Shown: positions 12,801 through 26,700 of the stretch, piece by piece
How positions within the stretch are numbered: position 1 is the first letter of the stretch
How the letters are laid out: the number at the start of each line of letters is the position of its first letter
DNA from: Eledone cirrhosa
Lineage: Eukaryota
NCBI GenBank assembly: GCA_964016885.1
Contig: OZ024744.1
Location: 105,462,001-105,526,000 of the forward strand
Length of the DNA stretch: 64,000 bases
Reading direction: 5' to 3'
Notes under the pieces: generated by a model
The model's input: only the letters and a program-made list of their open reading frames with translations
What the model was told of the DNA's origin: nothing
The model's database searches: none
Made by a program: the position numbers and the translations under genes

Positions 12801-15800
12801 GTCTATGACTAGTCTCTGTCTACGGTTGTATGCCGTCTATGACTATTCTGTGTCAACGGTTGTATGCTGTCTATGACTAGTCTGTGTGTACGGTTGTATG
12901 CAGTCTATGACTAGTCTGTGTCTACTGTTGTATGCCGTCTGTGACTAGTCTGTGTGTACGGTTGTATGCAGTCTATGACTAGTCTGTGTCTACGGTTGTA
13001 TGCCGTCTATGGCTAGTCTGTGTGTACGGTTGTATGCCGTCTATGACTAGTCTGTGTCTACAGATGTATGCCGTCTATGACTAGTCTGTGTCTACAGTTG
13101 TATGCCGTCTATGACTAGTCTGTGTCTACGGTTGTATGCCGTCTATGACTAGTCTGTGTCTACAGTTGTATGCCGTCTATGACTAGTTTGTGTCTACTGT
13201 TGTATACCGTCTATGACTAGTCTGTGTCTACGGTTGTATGCAGTCTATGACTAGTCTGTGTCTACGGTTGTATGCCGTCTATGATTAGTCTGTGTCTACG
13301 GTTGTATGCCGTCTATGACTAGTCAGTGTCTACAGTTGTATGCCGTCTATGACTAGTCTGTGTCTTCGGTTGTATGCCGTCTATGACTAGTCTGTCTACG
13401 GTTGTATGCCGTCTATGACTAGTCTGTGTCTACAGTTGTATGTCGTCTATGACTAGTCTGTGTCTACGGTTGTATGCCGTCTATGACTATTCTGTGTCTA
13501 TGGTTGAATGCCGTCTATGACTAGTCTGTGTCTACGGTTGTATGCCGTTATGACTAGTCTGATCCACGGTTGTATGCCGTCTATGACTAGTCTGTGTCTT
13601 CAGTTGTGTGCCGTTTATGAGTAGTCTGTGTGTACGGTTGTATGCCGTCTACGACTAGTCTGTGTCTACGGTTGTATGCCGTCTATGACTAGTCTGTGTC
13701 TACGGTTGTATGCCGTCTATGACTAGTCTGTGTCTACGGTTGTATGCAGTCTATGACTAGTCTGTGTGTTCGGTTGTATGCCGTCTATGACTAGTCTGAA
13801 TCTACGGTTGTATGCAGTCTATGACTAGTCTGTGTCTACAGTTGTATGCCGTTTATGACTAGTCTGTGTGTACGGTTGTATGCCGTCTATGACTAGTTTG
13901 TGTCTACAGTTGTATGCCGTCTATGACTAGTCTGTGTCTACAGTTGTATACCGTCTATGACTTGTCTATGTCTACAGTTGTATGCCGTCTATCACTAGTC
14001 TGTGTCTACGGTTGTATGCCGTCTATGACTAGTCTGTGTCTACGGTTGTATGCCGTCTATGACTAGTCTGTGTCTACGGTTGTATGCTGTCTATGACTAG
14101 TCTGTGTCTACTGCTGTATGCAGTCTATGACTAGTCTGTGTCTACGGTTGTATGCAGGCTATGACTAGTCTGTGTCTACGGTTGTATGCCGTCTATGACT
14201 AGTCTGTTTGTACGGTTGTATGCCGTCTATGACTAGTCTTTGTGTACGGTTGTATGCCATCTATGACTAGTCTGTGTGTACGGTTGAATGCCGTCTATGA
14301 CTAGTCTGTGTCTACGGTTGTATGCCGTCTATGACTAGTCTGTGTGTACGGTTGTATGCCGTCTATGACTAGTCTGTGTCTACGGTTGTATGCCGTCTAT
14401 GACTACTCTGTGTCTACAGTTGTATGCCGTCTATGACTAGTCTGTGTCTACGGTTGTATGCCGTCTATGACTAGTCTGTGTCTACAGTTGTATGCCGTCT
14501 CTGACTAGTCTGTGTCTACGGTTGTATGCCGTCTATGACTAGTCTGTGTCTACGGTTGTATTCCGTCTATGACTAGTCTGTGTCTACGGTTTATGCCGTC
14601 TATGACTAGTCTGTGTCTACGGTTGTATGCCATCTATGACTAGTCTGTGTGTACGGTTGTATGCCGTCTATGACTAGTCTGTGTCTACGGTTGTATGCCG
14701 TCTATGACTAGTCTGTGTGTAATGTTGTATGCCGTCTATGACTAGTCTGTGTCTACGGTTGTATGCCGTCTATGACTAGTCTGTGTCTACGCTTGTATGC
14801 CGTCTATGACTAGAATGTGTCTACGGCTGTATGCCATCTATGACTAGTCTGTGTGTAATGTTGTATGCCGTCTATGACTAGTCTGTGTCTACGCTTGTAT
14901 GCCGTCTATGACTAGTCTGTGTGTACGGTTGTATGCCGTCTATGACTAGTCTGTGTCTACGGTTGTATGCCGTCTATGACTTGTCTGTGTCTACGGTTGT
15001 ATGCCCTCTTTGACTAGTCTGTGTCTACGGTTGTATGCCGTCTATGACTAGTCTGTGTCTACTGTTGTATGCAGTCTATGACTAGTCTGTGTCTACGGTT
15101 GTATGCCGTCGATGACTAGTCTGTGTCTACGGTTGTATGCTGTCTATGACTAGTCTGTGTCTACGGTTGTATGCCGTCTATGACTAGTCTGTGTCTACGG
15201 TTGTATGCCGTCTATGACTAGTCTGTGTCTACGGTTGTATGCCGTCTATGTCTAGTCTGAGTCTACGGTTGTAGGCAGTCTATGACTAGTCTGTGTCTAC
15301 GGTTGTATGCCGTCTATGACTAGTCTGTGTCTACGGTTGTATGCCGTCTATGACTAGTGTGTGTCTACAGTTGTATGCCGTCTATGACTAGTCTGTGTCT
15401 ACGGTTGTATGCCGTCTATGACTAGTCTGTGTCTACAGTTGTATGCCGTCTATGACTAGTCTGTGTCTACGGTTGTATGCCGTCTATGACTTGTCTGTGT
15501 CTACGGTTGTATGCCCTCTTTGACTAGTCTGTGTCTACGGTTGTATGCCGTCTATGACTAGTCTGTGTCTACTGTTGTATGCAGTCTATGACTAGTCTGT
15601 GTCTACGGTTGTATGCCGTCTATGACTAGTCTGTGTCTACGGTTGTATGCTGTCTATGACTAGTCTGTGTCTACGGTTGTATGCCGTCTATGACTAGTCT
15701 GTGTCTACGGTTGTATGCCGTCTATGACTAGTCTGTGTCTACGGTTGTATGCCGTCTATGTCTAGTCTGAGTCTACGGTTGTAGGCAGTCTATGACTAGT

Positions 15801-17924
15801 CTGTGTCTACGGTTGTATGCCGTCTATGACTAGTCTGTGTCTACGGTTGTATGCCGTCTATGACTAGTGTGTGTCTACAGTTGTATGCCGTCTATGACTA
15901 GTTTGTGTCTACTGTTGTATACCGTCTATGACTAGTCTGTGTCTACGGTTGTATGCAGTCTATGACTAGTCTGTGTCTACGGTTGTATGCCGTCTATGAT
16001 TAGTCTGTGTCTACGGTTGTATGCCGTCTATGACTAGTCAGTGTCTACAGTTGTATGCCGTCTATGACTAGTCTGTGTCTTCGGTTGTATGCCGTCTATG
16101 ACTAGTCTGTCTACGGTTGTATGCCGTCTATGACTAGTCTGTGTCTACAGTTGTATGCCGTTTATGAGTAGTCTGTGTGTACGGTTGTATGCCGTCTATG
16201 ACTAGTCTGTGTCTACGGTTGTATGCCGTCTATGACTAGTCTGTGTCTACGGTTGTATGCCGTCTATGACTAGTCTGTGTCTACGGTTGTATGCAGTCTA
16301 TGACTAGTCTGTGTGTTCGGTTGTATGCCGTCTATGACTAGTCTGAATCTACGGTTGTATGCAGTCTATGACTAGTCTGTGTCTACAGTTGTATGCCGTT
16401 TATGACTAGTCTTTGTGTACGGTTGTATGCCGTCTATGACTAGTTTGTGTCTACAGTTGTATGCCGTCTATGACTAGTCTGTGTCTACAGTTGTATACCG
16501 TCTATGACTTGTCTATGTCTACAGTTGTATGCCGTCTATCACTAGTCTGTGTCTACGGTTGTATGCCGTCTATGACTAGTCTGTGTCTACGGTTGTATGC
16601 CGTCTATGACTAGTCTGTGTCTACGGTTGTATGCTGTCTATGACTAGTCTGTGTCTACTGCTGTATGCAGTCTATGACTAGTCTGTGTCTACGGTTGTAT
16701 GCAGGCTATGACTAGTGTGTGTCTACGGTTGTATGCCGTCTATGACTAGTCTGTTTGTACGGTTGTATGCCGTCTATGACTAGTCTTTGTGTACGGTTGT
16801 ATGCCGTCTATGACTAGTCTGTGTGTACGGTTGAATGCCGTCTATGACTAGTCTGTGTCTACGGTTGAATGCCGTCTATGACTAGTCTGTGTGTACGGTT
16901 GTATGCCGTCTATGACTAGTCTGTGTCTACGGTTGTATGCCGTCTGTGACTAGTCTGATCCACGGTTGTATGCCGTCTATGACTAGTCTGATCCACGGTT
17001 GTATGCCGTCTATGACTAGTCTGTGTCTACGGTTGTATGCAGTCTATGACTAGTCAGTGTCTACGGTTGTATGGCGTCTATGACTAGTCTGTGTCTACGG
17101 TTGTATGCCATATATGACTAGTCTGTGTCTACAGTTGTATGCCATCTATGACTAGTCTGTGTCAACAGTTGTATACTGTCTATGACTAGTCTGTGTCTAC
17201 GGTTGTATGCCGTCTATGACTAGTCTGTGTGTACGGTTCTATGCCGTTTATGACTAGTCTGTGTGTACGGTTGTATGCCGTCTATGACTAGTCTGTGTGT
17301 ACGGTTGTATGCCGTCTATGACTAGTCTGTGTGTACGGTTGTATGCCGTCTATGACTAGTCTGAGTCTACGGTTGTATGCCGTCTATGACTAGTCTGTGT
17401 GTACGGTTCTATGCCGGCTATGACTAGTCTGTGTCTAGGGTTGTATGCAGTCTATGACTAGTCTGTGTGTACGGTTGTATGCCGTCTATGACTAGTCTGT
17501 GTATACGGTTGTATGCCGTCTATGACTAGTCTGTGTCTACGGTTGTATGCCGTCTATGACTAGTCTGTGTCTACAGTTGTATGCCGTCTATGACTAGTCT
17601 GTGTCTACGGTTGTATGCTGTCTATGACTAGTCTGTGTCTACAGTTGTATGCCGTCACTGACTAGTCTGTGTCTACGGTTGTATGCCGTCTATGACTAGT
17701 CTGTGTCTACGGTTGTATGCCGTCTATGACTAGTCTGTGTCTACGGTTGTATGCCGTCTATGACTAGTCTGTGTCTACAGTTGTATGCCGTCTATGACTA
17801 GTCTGTGTCTACGGTTGTATGCCGTCTATGACTAGACTGTGTCTACAGATTTATGCCGTCTCTGACTAGTCTGTGTCTACAGTTGTATGCCGTCTATGAC
17901 TAGTCTGTGTCTACGGTTGTATGC
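3822..17924. repeat. Tandem duplication of ~7.06 kb (copy 1 ~3822-10897, copy 2 ~10882-17924)
   Basis: Rare variants recur at offset 7060 (atgatagtct 4081/11141; gactattctgtgtcaac 5781/12841) and at offset 7027 after loss of one 33-bp monomer near 13590 (gtcgatgact 8081/15108). Confidence 0.9.
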
Positions 17925-20900
17925 TGTCTATGACTAGTCTGTGTCTACTGCTGTATGCAGTCTATGACTAGTCAGTGTCTACGGTTGTATGCAGGCTATG
18001 ACTAGTCTGTGTCTACGGTTGTATGCCGTCTATGACTAGTCTGTGTGTACGGTTGTATGCCGTCTATGACTAGTCTTTGTGTACGGTTGTATGCCGTCTA
18101 TGACTAGTCTGTGTGTACGGTTGAATGCCGTCTATGACTAGTCTGTGTCTACGGTTGTATGCCGTCTATGACTAGTCTGTGTGTACGGTTGTATGCCGTC
18201 TATGACTAGTCTGTGTCTACGGTTGTATGCCGTCTATGACTAGTCTGTGTGTACGGTTGTATGCCGTCTTTGACTAGTCTGTGTGTAAGGTTGTATGCCG
18301 TCTATGACTAGTCTGAGTCTACGGTTGTATGCCGTCTATGACTAGTCTGTGTGTACGTTCTATGCCGTCTATGACTAGTCTGTGTCTAGGGTTGTATGCC
18401 GTCTATGACTAGTCTGTGTGTACGGTTGTATGCCGTCTATGACTAGTCTGTGTATACGATTGTATGCCGTCTATGACTAGTCTGGGTCTACGGTTGTATG
18501 CCGTCTATGACTAGTCTGTGTCTACGGTTGTATGCCGTCTATGACTAGTCTGTGTCTACGGTTGTATGCCGTCTATGACTAGTCTGTGTCTACAGTTGTA
18601 TGCCGTCTATGACTAGTCTGTGTCTACGGTTGTATGCCGTCTATGACTAGTCTGTGTCTACAGATTTATGCCGTCTCTGACTAGTCTGTGTCTACGGTTG
18701 TATGCCGTCTATGCCTGGTATGTGTCTACGGTTGTATGCCGTCTATGACTAGTCTGTGTCTACAGTTGTATGCCGTCTATGACTAGTCTGTGTCTACGGT
18801 TGTATCCTGTCTATGACTAGTCTGTGTCTACTGCTGTATGCAGGCTAAGACTAGTCTGTGTCTACGGTTGTATGCCGTCTATGACTAGTCTGTGTGTACG
18901 GTTGTATGCCGTCTATGACTAGTCTTTGTGTACGGTTGTATGCCGTCTATGACTAGTCTGTGTGTACGGTTGAATGCCGTCTATGACTAGTCTGTGTCTA
19001 CGGTTGTATGCCGTCTATGACTAGTCTGTGTGTACGGTTGTATGCCGTCTATGACTAGTCTGTGTCTACGGTTGTATGCCGTCTATGACTAGTCTGTGTG
19101 TACGGTTGTATGCCGTCTATGACTAGTCTGTGTGTACGGTTGTATGCCGTCTATGACTAGTCTGAGTCTACGGTTGTATGCCGTCTATGACTAGTCTGTG
19201 TGTACGGTTCTATGCCGTCTATGACTAGTCTGTGTCTAGTGTTGTATGCCGTCTATGACTAGTCTGTGTGTACGGTTGTATGCAGGCTATGACTAGTCTG
19301 TGTATACGATTGTATGCCGTCTATGACTAGTCTGTGTCTACGGTTGTATGCCGTCTATGACTAGTCTGTGTCTACAGTTGTATGCCGTCTATGACTAGTC
19401 TGTGTCTACGGTTTTATGCCGTCTATGATAGTCTGTGTCTACAGTTGTATGCCTTCTCTGACTAGTCTGTGTCTACGGTTGTATGCCGTCTATGACTAGT
19501 CTGTGTCTACGGTTGTATGCCGTCTATGACTAGTCTGTGTCTACGGTTGTATGCCGTCTATGACTAGTCTGTGTCTACAGTTGTATGCCGTCTATGGCTA
19601 GTCTGTGTCTACGGTTGTATGCCGTCTATGACTAGTCTGTGTCTACAGATTTATGCCGTCTCTGACTAGTCTGTGTCTACGGTTGTATGCCGTCTATGAC
19701 TGGTCTGTGTCTACGGTTGTATGCCGTCTATGACTAGTCTGTGTCTACAGTTGTATGCCGTCTATGACTAGTCTGTGTCTACGGTTGTATGCCGTCTATG
19801 ACTAGTCTGTGTCTACAGTTGTATGCCGTCTCTAACTAGTCTGTGTCTACGGTTGTATGCCATCTATGACTAGTCTGTGTCTACGGTTGTATGCCGTCTA
19901 TGACTAGTCTGAGTCTACGGTTGTATGCAGTCTATGACTAGTCTGTGTCTACAGTTGTATGCCGTCTATGACTAGTCTGTGTATACGGTTGTATGCCGTC
20001 TATGACTAGTCTGTGTCTACGGTTGTATGCCGTCTATGACTAGTCTGTGTCTACAGTTGTATGCCGTCTATGACTAGTCTGTGTCTACGGTTGTATGCCG
20101 TCTATGACTAGTCTGTGTCTACAGTTGTATGCCGTCTCTGACTAGTCTGTGTCTACGGTTGTATGCCGTCTATGACTAGTCTGTGTCTACGGTTGTATTC
20201 CGTCTATGACTAGTCTGTGTCTACGGTTTATGCCGTCTATGACTAGTCTGTGTCTACGGTTGTATGCCATCTATGACTGGTCTGTGTGTACGGTTGTATG
20301 CCGTCTATGACTAGTCTGTGTCTACGGTTGTATGCCGTCTATGACTAGTCTGTGTGTAATGTTGTATGCCGTCTATGACTAGTCTGTGTCTACGGTTGTA
20401 TGCCGTCTATGACTAGTCTGTGTCTACGCTTGTATGCCGTCTATGACTAGAATGTGTCTACGGCTGTATGCCATCTATGACTAGTCTGTGTGTAATGTTG
20501 TATGCCGTCTATGACTAGTCTGTGTCTACGCTTGTATGCCGTCTATGACTAGTCTGTGTGTACGGTTGTATGTCGTCTATGACTAGTCTGTGTCTACGGT
20601 TGTATGCCGTCTATGACTTGTCTGTGTCTACGGTTGTATGCCCTCTTTGACTAGTCTGTGTCTACGGTTGTATGCCGTCTATGACTAGTCTGTGTCTACT
20701 GTTGTATGCAGTCTATGACTAGTCTGTGTCTACGGTTGTATGCCGTCTATGACTAGTCTGTGTCTACGGTTGTATGCTGTCTATGACTAGTCTGTGTCTA
20801 CGGTTGTATGCCGTCTATGACTAGTCTGTGTCTACGGTTGTATGCCGTCTATGACTAGTCTGTGTGTACGGTTGTATGCCGTCTATGTCTAGTCTGAGTC

Positions 20901-23750
20901 TACGGTTGTAGGCAGTCTATGACTAGTCTGTGTCTACGGTTGTATGCCGTCTATGACTAGTCTGTGTCTACGGTTGTATGCCGTCTATGACTAGTGTGTG
21001 TCTACAGTTGTATGCCGTCTATGACTAGTCTGTGTCTACAGTTGTATGCCGTCTATGACTAGTCTGTGTCTACGGTTGTATGCCGTCTATGACTAGTCTG
21101 TGTCTACGGTTGTATGCCGTCTATGACTATTCTGTGTCAACGGTTGTATGCTGTCTATGACTAGTCTGTGTGTACGGTTGTATGCAGTCTATGACTAGTC
21201 TGTGTCTACTGTTGTATGCCGTCTGTGACTAGTCTGTGTGTACGGTTGTATGCAGTCTATGACTAGTCTGTGTCTACGGTTGTATGCCGTCTATGGCTAG
21301 TCTGTGTGTACGGTTGTATGCCGTCTATGACTAGTCTGTGTCTACAGATGTATGCCGTCTATGACTAGTCTGTGTCTACAGTTGTATGCCGTCTATGACT
21401 AGTCTGTGTCTACGGTTGTATGCCGTCTATGACTAGTCTGTGTCTAAAGTTGTATGCCGTCTATGACTAGTTTGTGTCTACTGTTGTATACCGTCTATGA
21501 CTAGTCTGTGTCTACGGTTGTATGCAGTCTATGACTAGTCTGTGTCTACGGTTGTATGCCGTCTATGATTAGTCTGTGTCTACGGTTGTATGCCGTCTAT
21601 GACTAGTCAGTGTCTACAGTTGTATGCCGTCTATGACTAGTCTGTGTCTTCGGTTGTATGCCGTCTATGACTAGTCTGTCTACGGTTGTATGCCGTCTAT
21701 GACTAGTCTGTGTCTACAGTTGTATGTCGTCTATGACTAGTCTGTGTCTACGGTTGTATGCCGTCTATGACTATTCTGTGTCTATGGTTGAATGCCGTCT
21801 ATGACTAGTCTGTGTCTACGGTTGTATGCCGTTATGACTAGTCTGATCCACGGTTGTATGCCGTCTATGACTAGTCTAATCCACTGTTGTATGCCGTCTA
21901 TGACTAGTCTGTGTCTTCAGTTGTGTGCCGTTTATGAGTAGTCTGTGTGTACGGTTGTATGCCGTCTACGACTAGTCTGTGTCTACGGTTGTATGCCGTC
22001 TATGACTAGTCTGTGTCTACGGTTGTATGCCGTCTATGACTAGTCTGTGTCTACGGTTGTATGCAGTCTATGACTAGTCTGTGTGTTCGGTTGTATGCCG
22101 TCTATGACTAGTCTGAATCTACGGTTGTATGCAGTCTATGACTAGTCTGTGTCTACAGTTGTATGCCGTTTATGACTAGTCTGTGTGTACGGTTGTATGC
22201 CGTCTATGACTAGTTTGTGTCTACAGTTGTATGCCGTCTATGACTAGTCTGTGTCTACAGTTGTATACCGTCTATGACTTGTCTATGTCTACAGTTGTAT
22301 GCCGTCTATCACTAGTCTGTGTCTACGGTTGTATGCCGTCTATGACTAGTCTGTGTCTACGGTTGTATGCCGTCTATGACTAGTCTGTGTCTACGGTTGT
22401 ATGCTGTCTATGACTAGTCTGTGTCTACTGCTGTATGCAGTCTATGACTAGTCTGTGTCTACGGTTGTATGCAGGCTATGACTAGTCTGTGTCTACGGTT
22501 GTATGCCGTCTATGACTAGTCTGTTTGTACGGTTGTATGCCGTCTATGACTAGTCTTTGTGTACGGTTGTATGCCGTCTATGACTAGTCTGTGTGTACGG
22601 TTGAATGCCGTCTATGACTAGTCTGTGTCTACGGTTGTATGCCGTCTATGACTAGTCTGTGTGTACGGTTGTATGCCGTCTATGACTAGTCTGTGTCTAC
22701 GGTTGTATGCCGTCTATGACTACTCTGTGTCTACAGTTGTATGCCGTCTATGACTAGTCTGTGTCTACGGTTGTATGCCGTCTATGACTAGTCTGTGTCT
22801 ACAGTTGTATGCCGTCTCTGACTAGTCTGTGTCTACGGTTGTATGCCGTCTATGACTAGTCTGTGTCTACGGTTGTATTCCGTCTATGACTAGTCTGTGT
22901 CTACGGTTTATGCCGTCTATGACTAGTCTGTGTCTACGGTTGTATGCCATCTATGACTAGTCTGTGTGTACGGTTGTATGCCGTCTATGACTAGTCTGTG
23001 TCTACGGTTGTATGCCGTCTATGACTAGTCTGTGTGTAATGTTGTATGCCGTCTATGACTAGTCTGTGTCTACGGTTGTATGCCGTCTATGACTAGTCTG
23101 TGTCTACGCTTGTATGCCGTCTATGACTAGAATGTGTCTACGGCTGTATGCCATCTATGACTAGTCTGTGTGTAATGTTGTATGCCGTCTATGACTAGTC
23201 TGTGTCTACGCTTGTATGCCGTCTATGACTAGTCTGTGTGTACGGTTGTATGCCGTCTATGACTAGTCTGTGTCTACGGTTGTATGCCGTCTATGACTTG
23301 TCTGTGTCTACGGTTGTATGCCCTCTTTGACTAGTCTGTGTCTACGGTTGTATGCCGTCTATGACTAGTCTGTGTCTACTGTTGTATGCAGTCTATGACT
23401 AGTCTGTGTCTACGGTTGTATGCCGTCTATGACTAGTCTGTGTCTACGGTTGTATGCTGTCTATGACTAGTCTGTGTCTACGGTTGTATGCCGTCTATGA
23501 CTAGTCTGTGTCTACGGTTGTATGCCGTCTATGACTAGTCTGTGTCTACGGTTGTATGCCGTCTATGTCTAGTCTGAGTCTACGGTTGTAGGCAGTCTAT
23601 GACTAGTCTGTGTCTACGGTTGTATGCCGTCTATGACTAGTCTGTGTCTACGGTTGTATGCCGTCTATGACTAGTGTGTGTCTACAGTTGTATGCCGTCT
23701 ATGACTAGTCTGTGTCTACGGTTGTATGCCGTCTATGACTAGTCTGTGTC
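17900..23750. repeat. Copy of the ~2.55-8.4 kb segment at offset 15,344 bp
   Basis: Offset 15344: deletion variant acgttctatg 3011/18355; atgatagt 4081/19425; gactatt 5781/21125. Boundaries approximate. Confidence 0.8.
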
Positions 23751-26700
23751 TACAGTTGTATGCCGTCTCTGACTAGTCTGTGTCTACGGTTGTATGCCGT
23801 CTATGACTAGTCTGTGTCTACGGTTGTATTCCGTCTATGACTAGTCTGTGTCTACGGTTTATGCCGTCTATGACTAGTCTGTGTCTACGGTTGTATGCCA
23901 TCTATGACTAGTCTGTGTGTGCGGTTGTATGCCGTCTATGACTAGTCTGTGTCTACGGTTGTATGCCGTCTATGACTAGTCTGTGTGTAATGTTGTATGC
24001 CGTCTATGACTAGTCTGTGTCTACGGTTGTATGCCGTCTATGACTAGTCTGTGTCTACGCTTGAATGCCGTCTATGACTAGAATGTGTCTACGGCTGTAT
24101 GCCATCTATGACTAGTCTGTGTGTAATGTTGTATGCCGTCTATGACTAGTCTGTGTCTACGCTTGTATGCCGTCTATGACTAGTCTGTGTGTACGGTTGT
24201 ATGCCGTCTATGACTAGTCTGTGTCTACGGTTGTATGCCGTCTATGACTTGTCTGTGTCTACGGTTGTATGCCCTCTTTGACTAGTCTGTGTCTACGGTT
24301 GTATGCCGTCTATGACTAGTCTGTGTCTACTGTTGTATGCAGTCTATGACTAGTCTGTGTCTACGGTTGTATGCCGTCTATGACTAGTCTGTGTCTACGG
24401 TTGTATGCTGTCTATGACTAGTCTGTGTCTACGGTTGTATGCCGTCTATGACTAGTCTGTGTCTACGGTTGTATGCCGTCTATGACTAGTCTGTGTCTAC
24501 GGTTGTATGCCGTCTATGTCTAGTCTGAGTCTACGGTTGTAGGCAGTCTATGACTAGTCTGTGTCTACTGTTGTATGCCGTCTGTGACTAGTCTGTGTGT
24601 ACGGTTGTATGCAGTCTATGACTAGTCTGTGTCTACGGTTGTATGCCGTCTATGACTAGTCTGTGTCTACGGTTGTATGCCGTCTATGACTATTCTGTGT
24701 CAACGGTTGTATGCTGTCTATGACTAGTCTGTGTGTACGGTTGTATGCAGTCTATGACTAGTCTGTGTCTACTGTTGTATGCCGTCTGTGACTAGTCTGT
24801 GTGTACGGTTGTATGCAGTCTATGACTAGTCTGTGTCTACGGTTGTATGCCGTCTATGGCTAGTCTGTGTGTACGGTTGTATGCCGTCTATGACTAGTCT
24901 GTGTCTACAGTTGTATGCCGTCTATGACTAGTCTGTGTCTACAGTTGTATGCCGTCTATGACTAGTCTGTGTCTACGGTTGTATGCCGTCTATGACTAGT
25001 TTGTGTCTACTGTTGTATACCGTCTATGACTAGTCTGTGTCTACGGTTGTATGCAGTCTATGACTAGTCTGTGTCTACGGTTGTATGCCGTCTATGATTA
25101 GTCTGTGTCTACGGTTGTATGCCGTCTATGACTAGTCAGTGTCTACAGTTGTATGCCGTCTATGACTAGTCTGTGTCTTCGGTTGTATGCCGTCTATGAC
25201 TAGTCTGTCTACGGTTGTATGCCGTCTATGACTAGTCTGTGTCTACAGTTGTATGCCGTCTATGACTAGTCTGTGTCTACGGTTGTATGCCGTCTATGAC
25301 TATTCTGTGTCTATGGTTGAATGCCGTCTATGACTAGTCTGTGTCTACGGTTGTATGCCGTTATGACTAGTCTGATCCACGGTTGTATGCCGTCTATGAC
25401 TAGTCTGATCCACTGTTGTATGCCGTCTATGACTAGTCTGTGTCTTCAGTTGTATGCCGTTTATGAGTAGTCTGTGTGTACGGTTGTATGCCGTCTATGA
25501 CTAGTCTGTGTCTACGGTTGTATGCCGTCTATGACTAGTCTGTGTCTACGGTTGTATGCCGTCTATGACTAGTCTGTGTCTACGGTTGTATGCAGTCTAT
25601 GACTAGTCTGTGTGTTCGGTTGTATGCCGTCTATGACTAGTCTGAATCTACGGTTGTATGCAGTCTATGACTAGTCTGTGTCTACAGTTGTATGCCGTTT
25701 ATGACTAGTCTGTGTGTACGGTTGTATGCCGTCTATGACTAGTTTGTGTCTACAGTTGTATGCCGTCTATGACTAGTCTGTGTCTACAGTTGTATACCGT
25801 CTATGACTTGTCTATGTCTACAGTTGTATGCCGTCTATCACTAGTCTGTGTCTACGGTTGTATGCCGTCTATGACTAGTCTGTGTCTACGGTTGTATGCC
25901 GTCTATGACTAGTCTGTGTCTACGGTTGTATGCTGTCTATGACTAGTCTGTGTCTACTGCTGTATGCAGTCTATGACTAGTCTGTGTCTACGGTTGTATG
26001 CAGGCTATGACTAGTCTGTGTCTACGGTTGTATGCCGTCTATGACTAGTCTGTTTGTACGGTTGTATGCCGTCTATGACTAGTCTTTGTGTACGGTTGTA
26101 TGCCGTCTATGACTAGTCTGTGTGTACGGTTGAATGCCGTCTATGACTAGTCTGTGTCTACGGTTGTATGCCGTCTATGACTAGTCTGTGTGTACGGTTG
26201 TATGCCGTCTATGACTAGTCTGTGTCTACGGTTGTATGCCGTCTGTGACTAGTCTGATCCACGGTTGTATGCCGTCTATGACTAGTCTGATCCACGGTTG
26301 TATGCCGTCTATGACTAGTCTGTGTCTACGGTTGTATGCAGTCTATGACTAGTCAGTGTCTACGGTTGTATGGCGTCTATGACTAGTCTGTGTCTACGGT
26401 TGTATGCCATATATGACTAGTCTGTGTCAACAGTTGTATACTGTCTATGACTAGTCTGTGTCTACGGTTGTATGCCGTCTATGACTAGTCTGTGTGTACG
26501 GTTCTATGCCGTCTATGACTAGTCTGTGTGTACGGTTGTATGCCGTCTATGACTAGTCTGTGTGTACGGTTGTATGCCGTCTATGACTAGTCTGTGTGTA
26601 CGGTTGTATGCCGTCTATGACTAGTCTGAGTCTACGGTTGTATGCCGTCTATGACTAGTCTGTGTGTACGGTTCTATGCCGGCTATGACTAGTCTGTGTC

